Positions 18,387-28,124 of a DNA stretch of 64,000 nucleotides are shown piece after piece; positions within the stretch are counted from its first letter, which is position 1, and every line of letters starts with the position of its first letter. A program made the position numbers and the translations under genes. The notes beneath the pieces were generated by a model. That model was not told the origin of the DNA. It searched no databases and saw only the letters and a list, made by a program, of their open reading frames with translations. The DNA comes from Longimicrobium sp. (GTDB taxonomy: Bacteria > Gemmatimonadota > Gemmatimonadetes > Longimicrobiales > Longimicrobiaceae), in assembly GCF_036399935.1 (NCBI RefSeq), contig NZ_DASWMD010000058.1:1-64000 (forward strand). Direction: 5' to 3'.

Positions 18387-19931
18387 ATGGAATCGACGGA
18401 ACAGTCGGTGTCGGTGTGGGAGGTCACGCGGGCGCAGCGCACGACCGCGCCCCTGCACGGCGACGCGGAAGCGGACGTGTGCGTGATCGGCGCGGGGATC
18501 GCGGGAATGACCACGGCCTACCTGCTGGCCAAGGCGGGGCGGCGGGTGATCGTGCTGGAGAAGGATGCCGTGGGCGCGGGCGAAACGGGGCAGACCACGG
18601 CCCACCTTTCCAGCGCCATGGACGACTACTTTCACGTGCTGGAAGGCGTGCACGGCGAGCAGGGCAGCCGCATCGCCTTCCAGAGCCACCAGGCCGCCAT
18701 CGAGCAGATCGGCGCCATCGTGGCCGCCGAGGGCATCGACTGCGACTACGAGCGCGTGGAAGGCTACTACTTCCTGGACCCCAGCAAGTCGGTGGACTTC
18801 TTCGAAAAGGAGCGCGACGCCGCCCGCCGCGCCGGCGCCGCGCCGGAGATCGTCGAGCGCATTCCCGGCGTGCCGTTCGACAGCGGCCCGGCGCTGAAAT
18901 TCCCCAACCTGGGCCAGTTCAACGCGCTGAAGTACCTGTCTGGCCTGGCCGACGCCACGGAGCGGCTGGGCGGGCGCATCCACACCGGCACCCACGTCAC
19001 CGGCGTGGAGGGCGGCGACCGCGTCACCGTGTCGGGCGCGGGGTTCAGCGTGACGGCGGGCGCGGCGGTGGTGTGCACCAACCCGCCGATCCACGACCGC
19101 TTTGCCCCGCACAGCAAGCAGGCGCCCTACCGCACCTACGTGGTGGCGGCCCGCGTGCCCGCCGGCTCCATCGCCCGCGGGCTGTACTGGGACACGCTGG
19201 AGGCCTACCACTACGTTCGCCTGGCACCGGCCGAGGGAGACCCGGCCCACGAGTGGCTGATCGTGGGCGGCGAAGACCACAAGCAGGCGCACGAGGACGA
19301 CACGCACGACGAGCACTGGGGCAACCTGGAGGCGTGGACGCGCGAGCGGTTCCCCATGGCGCAGTCGTTCGAGCTGCGGTGGAGCGGAATGGTGATGGAG
19401 CCGGCGGACTACATGGGCTTCATCGGGCGAGACCCGGGCGGGCGCCAGAACGTGTACATCACCACCGGCGACTCCGGCCAGGGGATGACGCACGGCACCG
19501 TGGGCGGAATGCTGAACGCCGATCTTGTCCTGGGCCGGCCCAACGCGTGGGAAACGCTGTACGATCCCAAGCGCAAGACGATCTCGAAGGACTCCGTGAT
19601 GGAGTTCGTGCACGAGAACGTGGACGTGGCGCTGCAGATGACCCGCCATGCCCCCGTCGGCGGCGACGCGAAGTCCGAGGCGGAGATCGCGCCCGGGCAG
19701 GGCGCCGTCATCCAGCGCGGGCTGCACAAGGTGGCGTGCTACCGCGATGAGCAGGGCGGTGTGCACGAGATGTCGGCCGTGTGCACGCACCTGGGCTGCA
19801 TCGTCCGCTGGAACGGCGCGGAAAGCAGCTGGGACTGTCCCTGCCATGGCTCGCGCTTCGCACCGCTGGGCGAGGTGCTGACGGGACCTGCCATCGGCCC
19901 GCTGAAAAAATTGGACGGAGACAAGGAATGA
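18387..19931 (+). CDS. FAD-dependent oxidoreductase with C-terminal Rieske [2Fe-2S] domain
   Basis: GAGGAGG Shine-Dalgarno. VCVIGAGIAGMTTAY dinucleotide fold. C-terminal CTHLGC...CPCHGS Rieske motif. Confidence 0.8.
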   Translation: MESTEQSVSVWEVTRAQRTTAPLHGDAEADVCVIGAGIAGMTTAYLLAKAGRRVIVLEKDAVGAGETGQTTAHLSSAMDDYFHVLEGVHGEQGSRIAFQSHQAAIEQIGAIVAAEGIDCDYERVEGYYFLDPSKSVDFFEKERDAARRAGAAPEIVERIPGVPFDSGPALKFPNLGQFNALKYLSGLADATERLGGRIHTGTHVTGVEGGDRVTVSGAGFSVTAGAAVVCTNPPIHDRFAPHSKQAPYRTYVVAARVPAGSIARGLYWDTLEAYHYVRLAPAEGDPAHEWLIVGGEDHKQAHEDDTHDEHWGNLEAWTRERFPMAQSFELRWSGMVMEPADYMGFIGRDPGGRQNVYITTGDSGQGMTHGTVGGMLNADLVLGRPNAWETLYDPKRKTISKDSVMEFVHENVDVALQMTRHAPVGGDAKSEAEIAPGQGAVIQRGLHKVACYRDEQGGVHEMSAVCTHLGCIVRWNGAESSWDCPCHGSRFAPLGEVLTGPAIGPLKKLDGDKE

Positions 19932-20590
19932 AGCCTCGCGCGGCCCTGCTGGACGTGGACGGCACCCTGATCGACAGCAACGACGCACACGCGCAGGCGT
20001 GGGTGGACGTCTGCGCCGAGTTCGGCTACGAGGTGGAGTTCGGCCGCGTGCGCCGAATGATCGGCATGGGGGGCGACAAGGTGCTGCCGGAGCTCACCGG
20101 GCTTTCGGACGAGGAGGGGACGGGGGCGGAGATCAAGGAGCGGCGCGGCGAGCTCTTCCGCGAGCGCTTTCTCCCCACGCTCAAGCCGTTTCCGCAGGCC
20201 AGGGAGCTGATCCAGCGGATGCGCGACGCGGGGCTGACCATCGTCGTGGCCACCTCGGCCAGCAAGAAGGACATGGGCGGGCTGCTGAAGCAGGCGGGGA
20301 TTGCGGACCTGATCGAGGAAAAGACCTCGTCCAGCGACGCGGAGCACTCTAAGCCCGATCCCGACATCATCGAGGCGGCCGTGGAAGCCGCCGGGTGCCC
20401 GCCCGGCGAAGCGGTGATGCTGGGCGACACGCCGTACGACGTGACCGCGGCCAAGCGGGCCGGCGTGCGCTGCGTGGCGCTTACCTGCGGCGGATGGAGC
20501 GCCGAAGAGCTGCACGAGGCGGTCGCCGTCTACGCCGACCCGGCCGACCTCCTGGCCCGCTTCGACGAGTCGCCGTTCGCCCGCGGCTGA
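19928..20590 (+). CDS. HAD-superfamily hydrolase (phosphatase-like)
   Basis: LLDVDGTLIDS (the DxDGT motif). ATGA start/stop overlap with the upstream gene. Confidence 0.8.
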   Translation: MKPRAALLDVDGTLIDSNDAHAQAWVDVCAEFGYEVEFGRVRRMIGMGGDKVLPELTGLSDEEGTGAEIKERRGELFRERFLPTLKPFPQARELIQRMRDAGLTIVVATSASKKDMGGLLKQAGIADLIEEKTSSSDAEHSKPDPDIIEAAVEAAGCPPGEAVMLGDTPYDVTAAKRAGVRCVALTCGGWSAEELHEAVAVYADPADLLARFDESPFARG

Positions 20591-20610
20591 CGCGAACCGT
20601 CGATCGACGA

Positions 20611-20642
20611 CGAACGGCCCCGGTGCAAGCCGGGGCCGTTCA
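20611..20642. terminator. Bidirectional terminator hairpin between convergent genes
   Basis: GAACGGCCCCGG-tgcaa-CCGGGGCCGTTC. Confidence 0.6.
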
Positions 20643-20659
20643 TCGTTCCCTCCCCTGAC

Positions 20660-21439
20660 TCAGCCTCGGCTGATCGACCCGCGCAGCCACTCCTCCCAGG
20701 TCACCGTCCCCCGCTCGCCATCCACCAGCGTTCCCTTCCCCGCCCGGATGGACGCGGCCAGGGCGCCTGGGAGCGGCAGGTGAACGGTGGGCTTGCTGAC
20801 CCCGCGCGCCGCCTTCCACGCTGGCGCCATCTCGCCGAACGTCTGCACGCGCGGCCCGCCGAAGTCCGGCAGCCGCCCGCGGGGCCCATCCCGCAACGCG
20901 CGCACGAGCCGGTCCGCCGTCTCGCCCGTATCCACGCTCTGCACGTGGAACGTCGTGGGCACGGGCATCACCAGCGGCACGCGCGCCATGCCGGCCAGCA
21001 TGCCGTCGATCAGCGAGTGGAACTGCGTGGCGCGGAGGATGGAGTACGGCACGCCACCATCAACGACCATCCGCTCCGCCTGCAGCTTGGAGCGATAGTA
21101 GGCGAACGGCATCTGGTCGATGCCCACGATGGACACGTAGACGAAGTGGCCGGTCCCCGCCTCGCGCGCGGCCTCGACCAGCCGGCGGGTGCCCTCCACG
21201 TCCACCGCCACGTGGCGCTTGGGATCGCTCGCGGCGTGGATGACGACGTTTGCCGCGACCAGCGCCTCCCGCAGGCCTTCGCCCGACTCCATGTCCATGC
21301 GCGCCCACTCGCGCCCGGCGGGCAGGTCCGCGGGACGCGCGCCGCGGCTGCCGACGCGCACCGTGTGCCCGGCCGCCTCCGCCGCGCGCACGACCTCGCG
21401 CCCCAGCCCGCCCGTGCCGCCGGTCAGCAGGATCTTCAT
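20660..21439 (-). CDS. NAD(P)H-binding NmrA-like / atypical SDR protein
   Basis: MKILLTGGTGGLGREVV Rossmann motif. 259 aa. Confidence 0.8.
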   Translation of the reverse strand: MKILLTGGTGGLGREVVRAAEAAGHTVRVGSRGARPADLPAGREWARMDMESGEGLREALVAANVVIHAASDPKRHVAVDVEGTRRLVEAAREAGTGHFVYVSIVGIDQMPFAYYRSKLQAERMVVDGGVPYSILRATQFHSLIDGMLAGMARVPLVMPVPTTFHVQSVDTGETADRLVRALRDGPRGRLPDFGGPRVQTFGEMAPAWKAARGVSKPTVHLPLPGALAASIRAGKGTLVDGERGTVTWEEWLRGSISRG

Positions 21440-21454
21440 CCGCGGCTCCTCATC

Positions 21455-21721
21455 TCAGACCTCGACCGGCACGCGGTCGACGAAGCACCACGACCAGTCC
21501 TCGCCCGGCTCGGCGGAGGTGACGATGGGGTGCTGCGTTTCGTGGAAGTGCCTGGTGGCGTGGCGGTTGGGCGACGAGTCGCAGCAGCCCACGTGTCCGC
21601 AGGTGCGGCACAGGCGCAGGTGAACCCATCCCGAGCCGGACTGCAGGCACTCCTCGCAGCCGCCCGGCGTCCGCGGCTTTACGTCCTGCACGGCGTTCAG
21701 GTGCGTGCACGTATCCTCCAT
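21455..21721 (-). CDS. UBP-type zinc-finger domain protein
   Basis: CEECLQSGSGWVHLRLCRTCGHVGCCDSS...H..H, the ZnF-UBP pattern. Confidence 0.75.
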   Translation of the reverse strand: MEDTCTHLNAVQDVKPRTPGGCEECLQSGSGWVHLRLCRTCGHVGCCDSSPNRHATRHFHETQHPIVTSAEPGEDWSWCFVDRVPVEV

Positions 21722-21751
21722 CAGGGTCTCCCTCGCTGAATGTCGGTTTCG

Positions 21752-23407
21752 TCAGACGGCCGCGCCGATGTGGGCGTGCACGAAGCTGATGGCCATGGAG
21801 CCCTCGCCCACGGCCGAGGCCACGCGCTTGACCGATCCGGCGCGGACGTCGCCCGCGGCGAACACGCCGGGCAGGCTGGTTTCCAGGAAGTACGGGGCGC
21901 GCGCGGCCTCCTTCCAAGCATCCGCGGACAGGCCGTCGCGCTTCGTCTCTTCGCCGGTGAGCACGAAGCCGTTGCGGTCCAGCTCCACGCACCCGCTCAG
22001 CCACGCCGTGCGCGGCTGCGCGCCGATGAACAGGAACAGGGCGCGGGTGGGGATCACCTTTTCCTCATCCACCCCGGCGTAGCGAAGGCGAACCTCTCGC
22101 AGCGCGCCGTCGCCGTCCACGGCGGAAACCTGGCAGGCCTGGTGGACGGTGATGTTGGGCGTGCGCTCCACCCGGTCTACCAGGTAGCGCGACATGCCCT
22201 TGCCCAGGTCGTCGCCCCGGATGACCACGTTCACCCGGGCGGCGTGCCGCGACAGGTACATGGCCGCCTGCCCCGCGGAGTTGCCGCCCCCCACGATGAC
22301 CACTTCTTCGCCCCCGCACAGCCGCGCCTCCATCTCCGTGGCCGCGTAGTACACGCCCGCGCCCTCCAGCTGGCGCAGGTTGGGGATGCCCAGCGTGCGG
22401 TACTCGGCGCCGCTGGCCACCAGCACGCAGCGGGTGACCAGCCGCGAGCCGTCGTCCAGCGTCACCAGGCGCAGGCCGCCCTGCCTGCCCAGCCGCACGG
22501 CCGATTGGGGGACGGAAATGCGGGCGCCGAACTTCTGCGCCTGCAGCAGCGCATTGCGGGCCAGCTCGGGGCCGGAGATGCCCGCGGGAAAGCCCAGGTA
22601 GTTCTCGATGCGCGAACTGGTGCCGGCCTGCCCGCCCACCCCCTCGCCCTCCACCGTCAGCACGCGCAGCCCCTCGGAGGCGGCGTACACGGCGGCCGCC
22701 AGCCCGGCGGGCCCGGCGCCGACCACGAGCAGGTCGAACACCTCGCCCTCGGCCACGTGCGCCTCGAGCCCCATGTAGTGCGCCAGCTCCGGGATGCTGG
22801 GGTTGGCCAGCAGCTCGCCGCCCCGCCCCACCACGATGGGCGTCTGCTCCGGCAGCACGTGAAAGCGGCAGAGCAGCTCCTCGGCGAGCGGGTCCTGCTC
22901 CACGTCTACCCAGGTGAACGGGATGTTGTTGCGGCTGCAGAACTCGCGGATGGCGTGCGCCTGGGGGGAGAAGCGCGAGCCGATGATCTGCATCCCCCGG
23001 TAGCCGTCGCTCAGCAGCAGCTGCCGGCGCATGAGGAAGGCGCGAAGCAGCACCTCGCTGATTTCGGGGATCTCGCGGATCACCCGGCGCAGCCCGTCGG
23101 AATCGAGCTCCAGCACCTGGCCCGGCCCCAGCATCTGCGCGCGCACCAGGCTGCTGCGGCCGGAAAGCATGTCGACGTCGCCGCTGAACTCGCCGGGGCG
23201 GTGCACGGTGATGCGGCGCACCTCGTCGCCCGAGGGGTCCACGATCTCCATCTCGCCCTCGAGCACCACGAAGAACGCCATCCCGCGCGCACCCTCTTCC
23301 CACAGCGTTTCTCCGGCGCTGACGTACCGCAGCGTTCCGCGGGGCCGCAGCGCATCGATCTGCGCCGCGGTGAGCGTGGGAAAGGCGATGTCGTGATCGG
23401 TGATCAT
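21752..23407 (-). CDS. cNMP-binding domain fused to a thioredoxin-reductase-like FAD/NAD(P) oxidoreductase
   Basis: N-terminal cyclic-nucleotide-binding-like domain. Two GxGxxG/A motifs (LLVVGAGPAGLAAAVYA and VVIVGGGNSAGQAAMYLS). Real ATG at 23407. Confidence 0.8.
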   Translation of the reverse strand: MITDHDIAFPTLTAAQIDALRPRGTLRYVSAGETLWEEGARGMAFFVVLEGEMEIVDPSGDEVRRITVHRPGEFSGDVDMLSGRSSLVRAQMLGPGQVLELDSDGLRRVIREIPEISEVLLRAFLMRRQLLLSDGYRGMQIIGSRFSPQAHAIREFCSRNNIPFTWVDVEQDPLAEELLCRFHVLPEQTPIVVGRGGELLANPSIPELAHYMGLEAHVAEGEVFDLLVVGAGPAGLAAAVYAASEGLRVLTVEGEGVGGQAGTSSRIENYLGFPAGISGPELARNALLQAQKFGARISVPQSAVRLGRQGGLRLVTLDDGSRLVTRCVLVASGAEYRTLGIPNLRQLEGAGVYYAATEMEARLCGGEEVVIVGGGNSAGQAAMYLSRHAARVNVVIRGDDLGKGMSRYLVDRVERTPNITVHQACQVSAVDGDGALREVRLRYAGVDEEKVIPTRALFLFIGAQPRTAWLSGCVELDRNGFVLTGEETKRDGLSADAWKEAARAPYFLETSLPGVFAAGDVRAGSVKRVASAVGEGSMAISFVHAHIGAAV

Positions 23408-23577
23408 GGCGGTGCCGAACGGGATGGGACGCAAGGCTGACGCGATGAGAATACATCGTGCGGAGGGCGCTGTACAACGGGGCTGGCGCCGCGGGCACCG
23501 GGAGCGCAACCTTTCCGCCGGCGCCGGAGTCAGTGATAGGAACTCCAGGCCCACGTCCACCCGCACCCCGCTAGCCC

Positions 23578-24108
23578 ATGCGACCGATCCGCCTGCTGCT
23601 GCCCCTGCTGCTCGTCCTCGCCGCGACGGAGGTCCGCGCGCAGGCGGCGCCGCCGAACTTTCGCGACGAGTTCCTTCGCCAGTTCAACAACTCGATGATC
23701 AAGTTCATCGAGCTGGCCGAGGCCATGCCGGAGGACCGCTACGCGTGGAGCCCGGCGGAGGGTGTGATGCCGGTGGCCCGCGTGTACGCGCACGTGGGCC
23801 ACTACAACTACTACTATCCCGCGTCGTCGATGGGCGTGGCCGCGCCGCGCGGGCTGGACGCCGACAGCGTGGAGAACCGCGCGCGCAAGGCCGAGGTGCT
23901 GGACCTGCTGCGCGGCTCGCACGAACACGTGCGGCAGGTGGTGCGCGGGATCAGCGACGAGCAGCTGGCGGCGACTACAAAGCTGTACGGCCGCGACGTG
24001 CCGCAGTGGTCGGTGCTGCTGCAGCTGCTGGCGCACATGAACGAGCACCTGGGCCAGTCCATCGCCTACGCGCGGATGAACGGCGTGGTGCCGCCCTGGT
24101 CGCAGTAA
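23578..24108 (+). CDS. DinB/YfiT-like (DinB_2) family protein, secreted
   Basis: Signal peptide. His-rich motifs YAHVGHY and HMNEHLGQ. Confidence 0.65.
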   Translation: MRPIRLLLPLLLVLAATEVRAQAAPPNFRDEFLRQFNNSMIKFIELAEAMPEDRYAWSPAEGVMPVARVYAHVGHYNYYYPASSMGVAAPRGLDADSVENRARKAEVLDLLRGSHEHVRQVVRGISDEQLAATTKLYGRDVPQWSVLLQLLAHMNEHLGQSIAYARMNGVVPPWSQ

Positions 24109-24192
24109 CGGCGTATCGAGCGGAACCGTCGATCTCGCGGGGGGCGACCGACACTCTGTCCACGTTCCATCGTCCGTCGCTACATTGGGCGG

Positions 24193-25269
24193 ATGAAACT
24201 GAACGAGCTGAGCCTTGCCGTCGAGCCCCCCGCCCCCGTGCTCCAGCTGCGGGACGCGTGCGGCGCCGAGTGGCCGAACATCACGGCTTCACGCGAGCGC
24301 TCGGCGGCCAAGCTCAAGGCCTTGAGGGTCCACCTCACCGCGACCGTCCCCCACGATACGACGCTGGTCGTGTTCGGCTCGCTCGCGCGCAACGAGTTCA
24401 CAGCGGAAAGCGACGTCGACTGGACCCTCCTGGTGGACGGCGCCGCCAATCCGGAGCACTGGGACACCACGCAGCGAATCCGGGCAAAGCTCGGTTCGCT
24501 CGGCATCAATCCTCCGACGGCCGGCGGCGCGTTCGGAAGCCTTACCTTCAGCCACGACCTGATTCACAAGATCGGGGGTGACGACGACACGAACCAGAAC
24601 ACCACGCAGCGCCTGCTCCTTCTGCTGGAGTCGGCGTGCATCGGGCCCGGCCGGGCGTACGAGCACGTGGTGGAGAGCATCCTCACGCGGTACATCGAAG
24701 AAGATCTGCTGAGCCCCAACGACACCCCGTTCCGCGTTCCGCGATTCCTTCTGAACGACTTCGCGCGGTACTGGTGGACCATGGCCGTGGACTTCGCCCA
24801 CAAGCGCCGCGTGCGCCAGGCCGACAAGTGGGCGCTCCGCACGACGAAGCTGCGCCTGTCGCGAAAGCTGCTGTACAGCGCCGGGCTGCTGAGCTGCTAT
24901 TTATGTGGTGAACACTTCCGCGGCGCTCGCCGCAGCAACCCGTATCACGACGCGCGGCAGGTGACGCAGTTTCTCGCGCACCTCGTGAGAACGACGCCGC
25001 TGGACATCGTGGCGCGCGTCGTGCTAGATTCCTTCGGGGAAAGTTCGGTTGCGGGGCGGGCCATCTTCGACACGTACGACGAGTTCCTAGGCGTGATGAA
25101 CGATTCGGGAAAGCGCGAAACGCTGGAGCGGCTGCGGCCAGAGGAGGCAGCGTCCAACGCGGTGTACCAGGAGGCACGCCAGTTGGGAACCAAGTTCCAC
25201 GGTGCGGTGACGCGGCTGCTCTTTCAGGAGCCGCTGCGGGAGTTCACCATCCACTACGGGGTATTCTGA
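24193..25269 (+). CDS. Pol-beta-type nucleotidyltransferase domain protein (358 aa)
   Basis: VVFGSLARNEF...ESDVDWTLLVDG (GS-x9-13-DxD). Helical C-terminal domain of unknown function. Confidence 0.6.
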   Translation: MKLNELSLAVEPPAPVLQLRDACGAEWPNITASRERSAAKLKALRVHLTATVPHDTTLVVFGSLARNEFTAESDVDWTLLVDGAANPEHWDTTQRIRAKLGSLGINPPTAGGAFGSLTFSHDLIHKIGGDDDTNQNTTQRLLLLLESACIGPGRAYEHVVESILTRYIEEDLLSPNDTPFRVPRFLLNDFARYWWTMAVDFAHKRRVRQADKWALRTTKLRLSRKLLYSAGLLSCYLCGEHFRGARRSNPYHDARQVTQFLAHLVRTTPLDIVARVVLDSFGESSVAGRAIFDTYDEFLGVMNDSGKRETLERLRPEEAASNAVYQEARQLGTKFHGAVTRLLFQEPLREFTIHYGVF

Positions 25270-25973
25270 TGGAGTGCATCGGCTTCTCTACCGGATCCAT
25301 CGCGTGGTCGGATGCCCGTGCGGCGCTTGCCCTGCTGTTTGTTCATCAGACGGACGCCATCGAGCTCTCGGCGTTGCGCATCCATGAACTCGGTCCCCTG
25401 GTCGCCGACCTCCCCACGCTGCCGCTCGGCGGATACCACTACATATCCGTTCATGCCCCCAGCGCCTTTCCGCGTGCTCAGGAACGCGTCGTCGCACGGG
25501 CGCTCCGCCCTGTCGCCGAGCGCGGCTGGCAGGTGGTGGTTCACCCCGACACGCTGCACGACGCCGGGGTGTGGGCGGAGTTCGGAAGTACGCTTTGCGT
25601 GGAGAACATGGACCGCCGGAAGCCCATCGGACGGACGGCGGCGGAGATGCGCGCCGTGTTCGACCGGCTCCCCGAGGCGTCGTTCTGCCTGGACCTGGCC
25701 CACGCGCGCCAGTGCGACCCGTCCATGGGCGAGGCCGTTCGAATGGTGCGCGAGTTCGGCGAGCGGATCACGCAGGTTCACCTGAGCGAGCTGAACGAGC
25801 ATAGCCGGCACGTGCGCCTGAGCGAGGCGGCAGCCGACGACTTCGAGCGCGTTGCGCCGCTCATCCCGCCCCACGTGCCCGTCATCATCGAATCGCCCGT
25901 ACAGTCGTTCGAGATCAGCGCGGAACTCGAGATTTGCCTCCGCGCGATGGGGCGCTTGCCCGCGTACGCGTAA
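25269..25973 (+). CDS. Sugar-phosphate isomerase/epimerase-like (xylose isomerase-like TIM barrel) protein
   Basis: TGATG overlap with the NTase gene. TIM-barrel-like pattern with conserved His/Glu/Asp positions. This is a weak call. Confidence 0.5.
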   Translation: MECIGFSTGSIAWSDARAALALLFVHQTDAIELSALRIHELGPLVADLPTLPLGGYHYISVHAPSAFPRAQERVVARALRPVAERGWQVVVHPDTLHDAGVWAEFGSTLCVENMDRRKPIGRTAAEMRAVFDRLPEASFCLDLAHARQCDPSMGEAVRMVREFGERITQVHLSELNEHSRHVRLSEAAADDFERVAPLIPPHVPVIIESPVQSFEISAELEICLRAMGRLPAYA

Positions 25974-26018
25974 CCGCCGGCGACGGGCCGCTTCTCGCGG
26001 CGCATTCCACACGCGACA

Positions 26019-26051
26019 CGGGCGCGGAGACCAGCCGGTCTCCGCGCCCGT
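26019..26051 (+). terminator. Hairpin after the TIM-barrel gene; one of two near-identical copies (REP-like)
   Basis: GGGCGCGGAGACC-agcc-GGTCTCCGCGCCC. A near-identical hairpin is at 29568..29600. Confidence 0.5.
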
Positions 26052-26197
26052 TCGCAGTTCCGTACCGCCAAAAGTTTCCGCTGATGAGCAGAACGGCTCA
26101 TGATCGGCCATCGCGGCGCCGCTAGCTTCCCCGCACACCGAACATCTCCGGATGCGCGCCGTGGCGGCTGCCGGAAACGCGTCCGAATTGCGGCATC

Positions 26198-26617
26198 ATG
26201 CAGCCCCTTTCCGTGTCCCCCGTCCGCGGCGAAGCGCTTCGCCCCGCCGCGATGGTGCTGGTGGTGGACGACAACGCCGCCGACCGCGATCTGCACTGCC
26301 TGGTGCTGCGCGCGATGGGGCTGAACGCCGTCGCGGCGGGGAGCGGGTGGGAGGGGCTGGTGTGCGCGCGCACCCTGCTTCCCGCCCTGGTGCTCACCGA
26401 CATTCGCATGCCGGGGCTGGACGGCTGGGGGCTGGTGGAGCGGCTGCGCGCCGACCCGCGCACGGCGGCCATCCCCGTAGTGGTGGTGACCGGCGATACG
26501 GGCGAGACGCCACGCGCGCGGCTGGCGCTGGTCGCAGCGCTGCTGCAAAAGCCGCTGGATCGGGCGAGGTTCTGCGCCGCGGTGGATGCGGCGCTGCCCC
26601 CCCTGCCCGAGGGGTGA
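26198..26617 (+). CDS. Single-domain response regulator (CheY-like receiver)
   Basis: VLVVDDN, LTDIRMPGLDG, VVVTGD and the KP motif. Confidence 0.75.
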   Translation: MQPLSVSPVRGEALRPAAMVLVVDDNAADRDLHCLVLRAMGLNAVAAGSGWEGLVCARTLLPALVLTDIRMPGLDGWGLVERLRADPRTAAIPVVVVTGDTGETPRARLALVAALLQKPLDRARFCAAVDAALPPLPEG

Positions 26618-26826
26618 TCCTCCCGGCGGGATCGCGAAGGATGCGGACCAGATCGTCCGCCGGGCGAAGCGAGGGCGGAGGCGCGGAGATCCTTTCTCCA
26701 CGCCCCCACCCTTTCTTCGTGCCGCGGTTCCACCGATCGCCTGTTCCCTATGCGTACTCTCTGTTCTCGCTGCGCCCTCTGCGTGAAATGCAGTTCTGGT
26801 TACTCGGCGGATGCGCGGGCTCTTGC

Positions 26827-28023
26827 TCAGTTCGCGGTCGTCGCCTGCACGGCGGGGTCGATGACCGCCTGGTTTCGCGTGTACCAGGCGACGTTCGCAC
26901 GGCGGCGGTCGCCAGCGGCGTTCGATCCCGCGGCGGCATCCAACGCCGCCGGGTTCGCGGCGAACATGTCGTCCGTGGCGGCCTCCCAGATCATCGTGAC
27001 CACCTGGTTCCACTCCTCCGCCGTCAGCCCCGCCTGGCGCAGCGCGGAGGGAAGGCGCTCCGTGGTGGACTGCACGGCCGCGGCGCCGGCTTGGTTCACC
27101 CGCACCCCCAGCTCGCCACCCTCGCGCTGCGCCTCCACCTGCATGATCATCACGGCGCCGTCCAGGTCCGCGCAGGGGATGTAGGCATCGTACCCGGGCC
27201 TGCGGCCCTCGCGGGCGTCCCTGCCGATCTTGACCACCGCCGCGGGCCCGAAGCCGCGCGGATCGTTCATCATGATCAGCAGGCGGCCGTCGGGCGAGCG
27301 GACCTGGTATCCCAGGTCCCACTGCCCCGTCCAGCTCCAGCCCCGGCCGACGTAGAACGCGCGCGCCTCCTCCACCGACGTGCCCGTGAACACCGCGCTC
27401 ACCATCAACCCGCCCATCGCCTCGGTCAGCCCCGCGCTGCACCCGGCCTGGTAGCGGGCGGACGCGGGCACCGCCGCCTGGGCCGAGAACGCGCGCACCT
27501 CGTCCATCGCGTGCACCTGGCCGGAGCGGATGCGCGCCACCCGCGCCTCCCCCGCTTCCGGCGAGGCGACGCTCCGAATGACGTCGATCTCCGCGCCCAG
27601 TTGACTAGTGCCGCGGCGCATGTCGGCCGCCTGCGCGCTGAGCAGGGGAAGGATCCACGCGAGGTCGGCGTCCACGAACGGCGTGGTGAGCGCCGCGCGG
27701 CGAGCCGGGCGAACGGGCAGGCTATCGGCTGCCGCCGCGTGCGATGCGGATTGCGATGCGCGGGCCGGCGCCCCCGGAGCTGGCGATGGCGCAGTGGCGG
27801 GCACGGGCTGCGCGGGATCGGCGGCAGCTGGGGACGAGCCCGGCCCGCGGATGCGACTCTCCACCGCGTTCGCGGCCTGGTCGACCACGCGGTCGGCCGC
27901 GTGCTCTACCTGCTGGCGGACGCGGGCACGGACGTGGGCCAGCAGCTGGGCCCGGGCAGGGGCCGCGTCGGCCCCGAGCGCGGCGGCGGCCGCCGCACCG
28001 ATGAGAATATGCCTGATGTGCAT
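26827..28023 (-). CDS. Secreted hypothetical protein
   Basis: ATG at 28023, signal peptide, Ala-rich N-terminal region, globular C-terminal domain. Confidence 0.5.
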   Translation of the reverse strand: MHIRHILIGAAAAAALGADAAPARAQLLAHVRARVRQQVEHAADRVVDQAANAVESRIRGPGSSPAAADPAQPVPATAPSPAPGAPARASQSASHAAAADSLPVRPARRAALTTPFVDADLAWILPLLSAQAADMRRGTSQLGAEIDVIRSVASPEAGEARVARIRSGQVHAMDEVRAFSAQAAVPASARYQAGCSAGLTEAMGGLMVSAVFTGTSVEEARAFYVGRGWSWTGQWDLGYQVRSPDGRLLIMMNDPRGFGPAAVVKIGRDAREGRRPGYDAYIPCADLDGAVMIMQVEAQREGGELGVRVNQAGAAAVQSTTERLPSALRQAGLTAEEWNQVVTMIWEAATDDMFAANPAALDAAAGSNAAGDRRRANVAWYTRNQAVIDPAVQATTAN

Positions 28024-28124
28024 GGGAATCTCGCCTCAATGGATGGCAGTCCGCCCCGGGAGCGGGGCGGACGGCGGGGATCGGTGGAGTGGCGCGGGCG
28101 ACGGTCGCGCGCGCGTGGACTCGT

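Noticed and set aside
22065-23498. ORF 22065..23498 (-) 477 aa and 21740..23440 (+) 566 aa
   Set aside because: Alternate-frame or antisense to the cNMP-TrxR-like gene, which carries two clear dinucleotide-binding motifs. Composition is R/G/A-rich.
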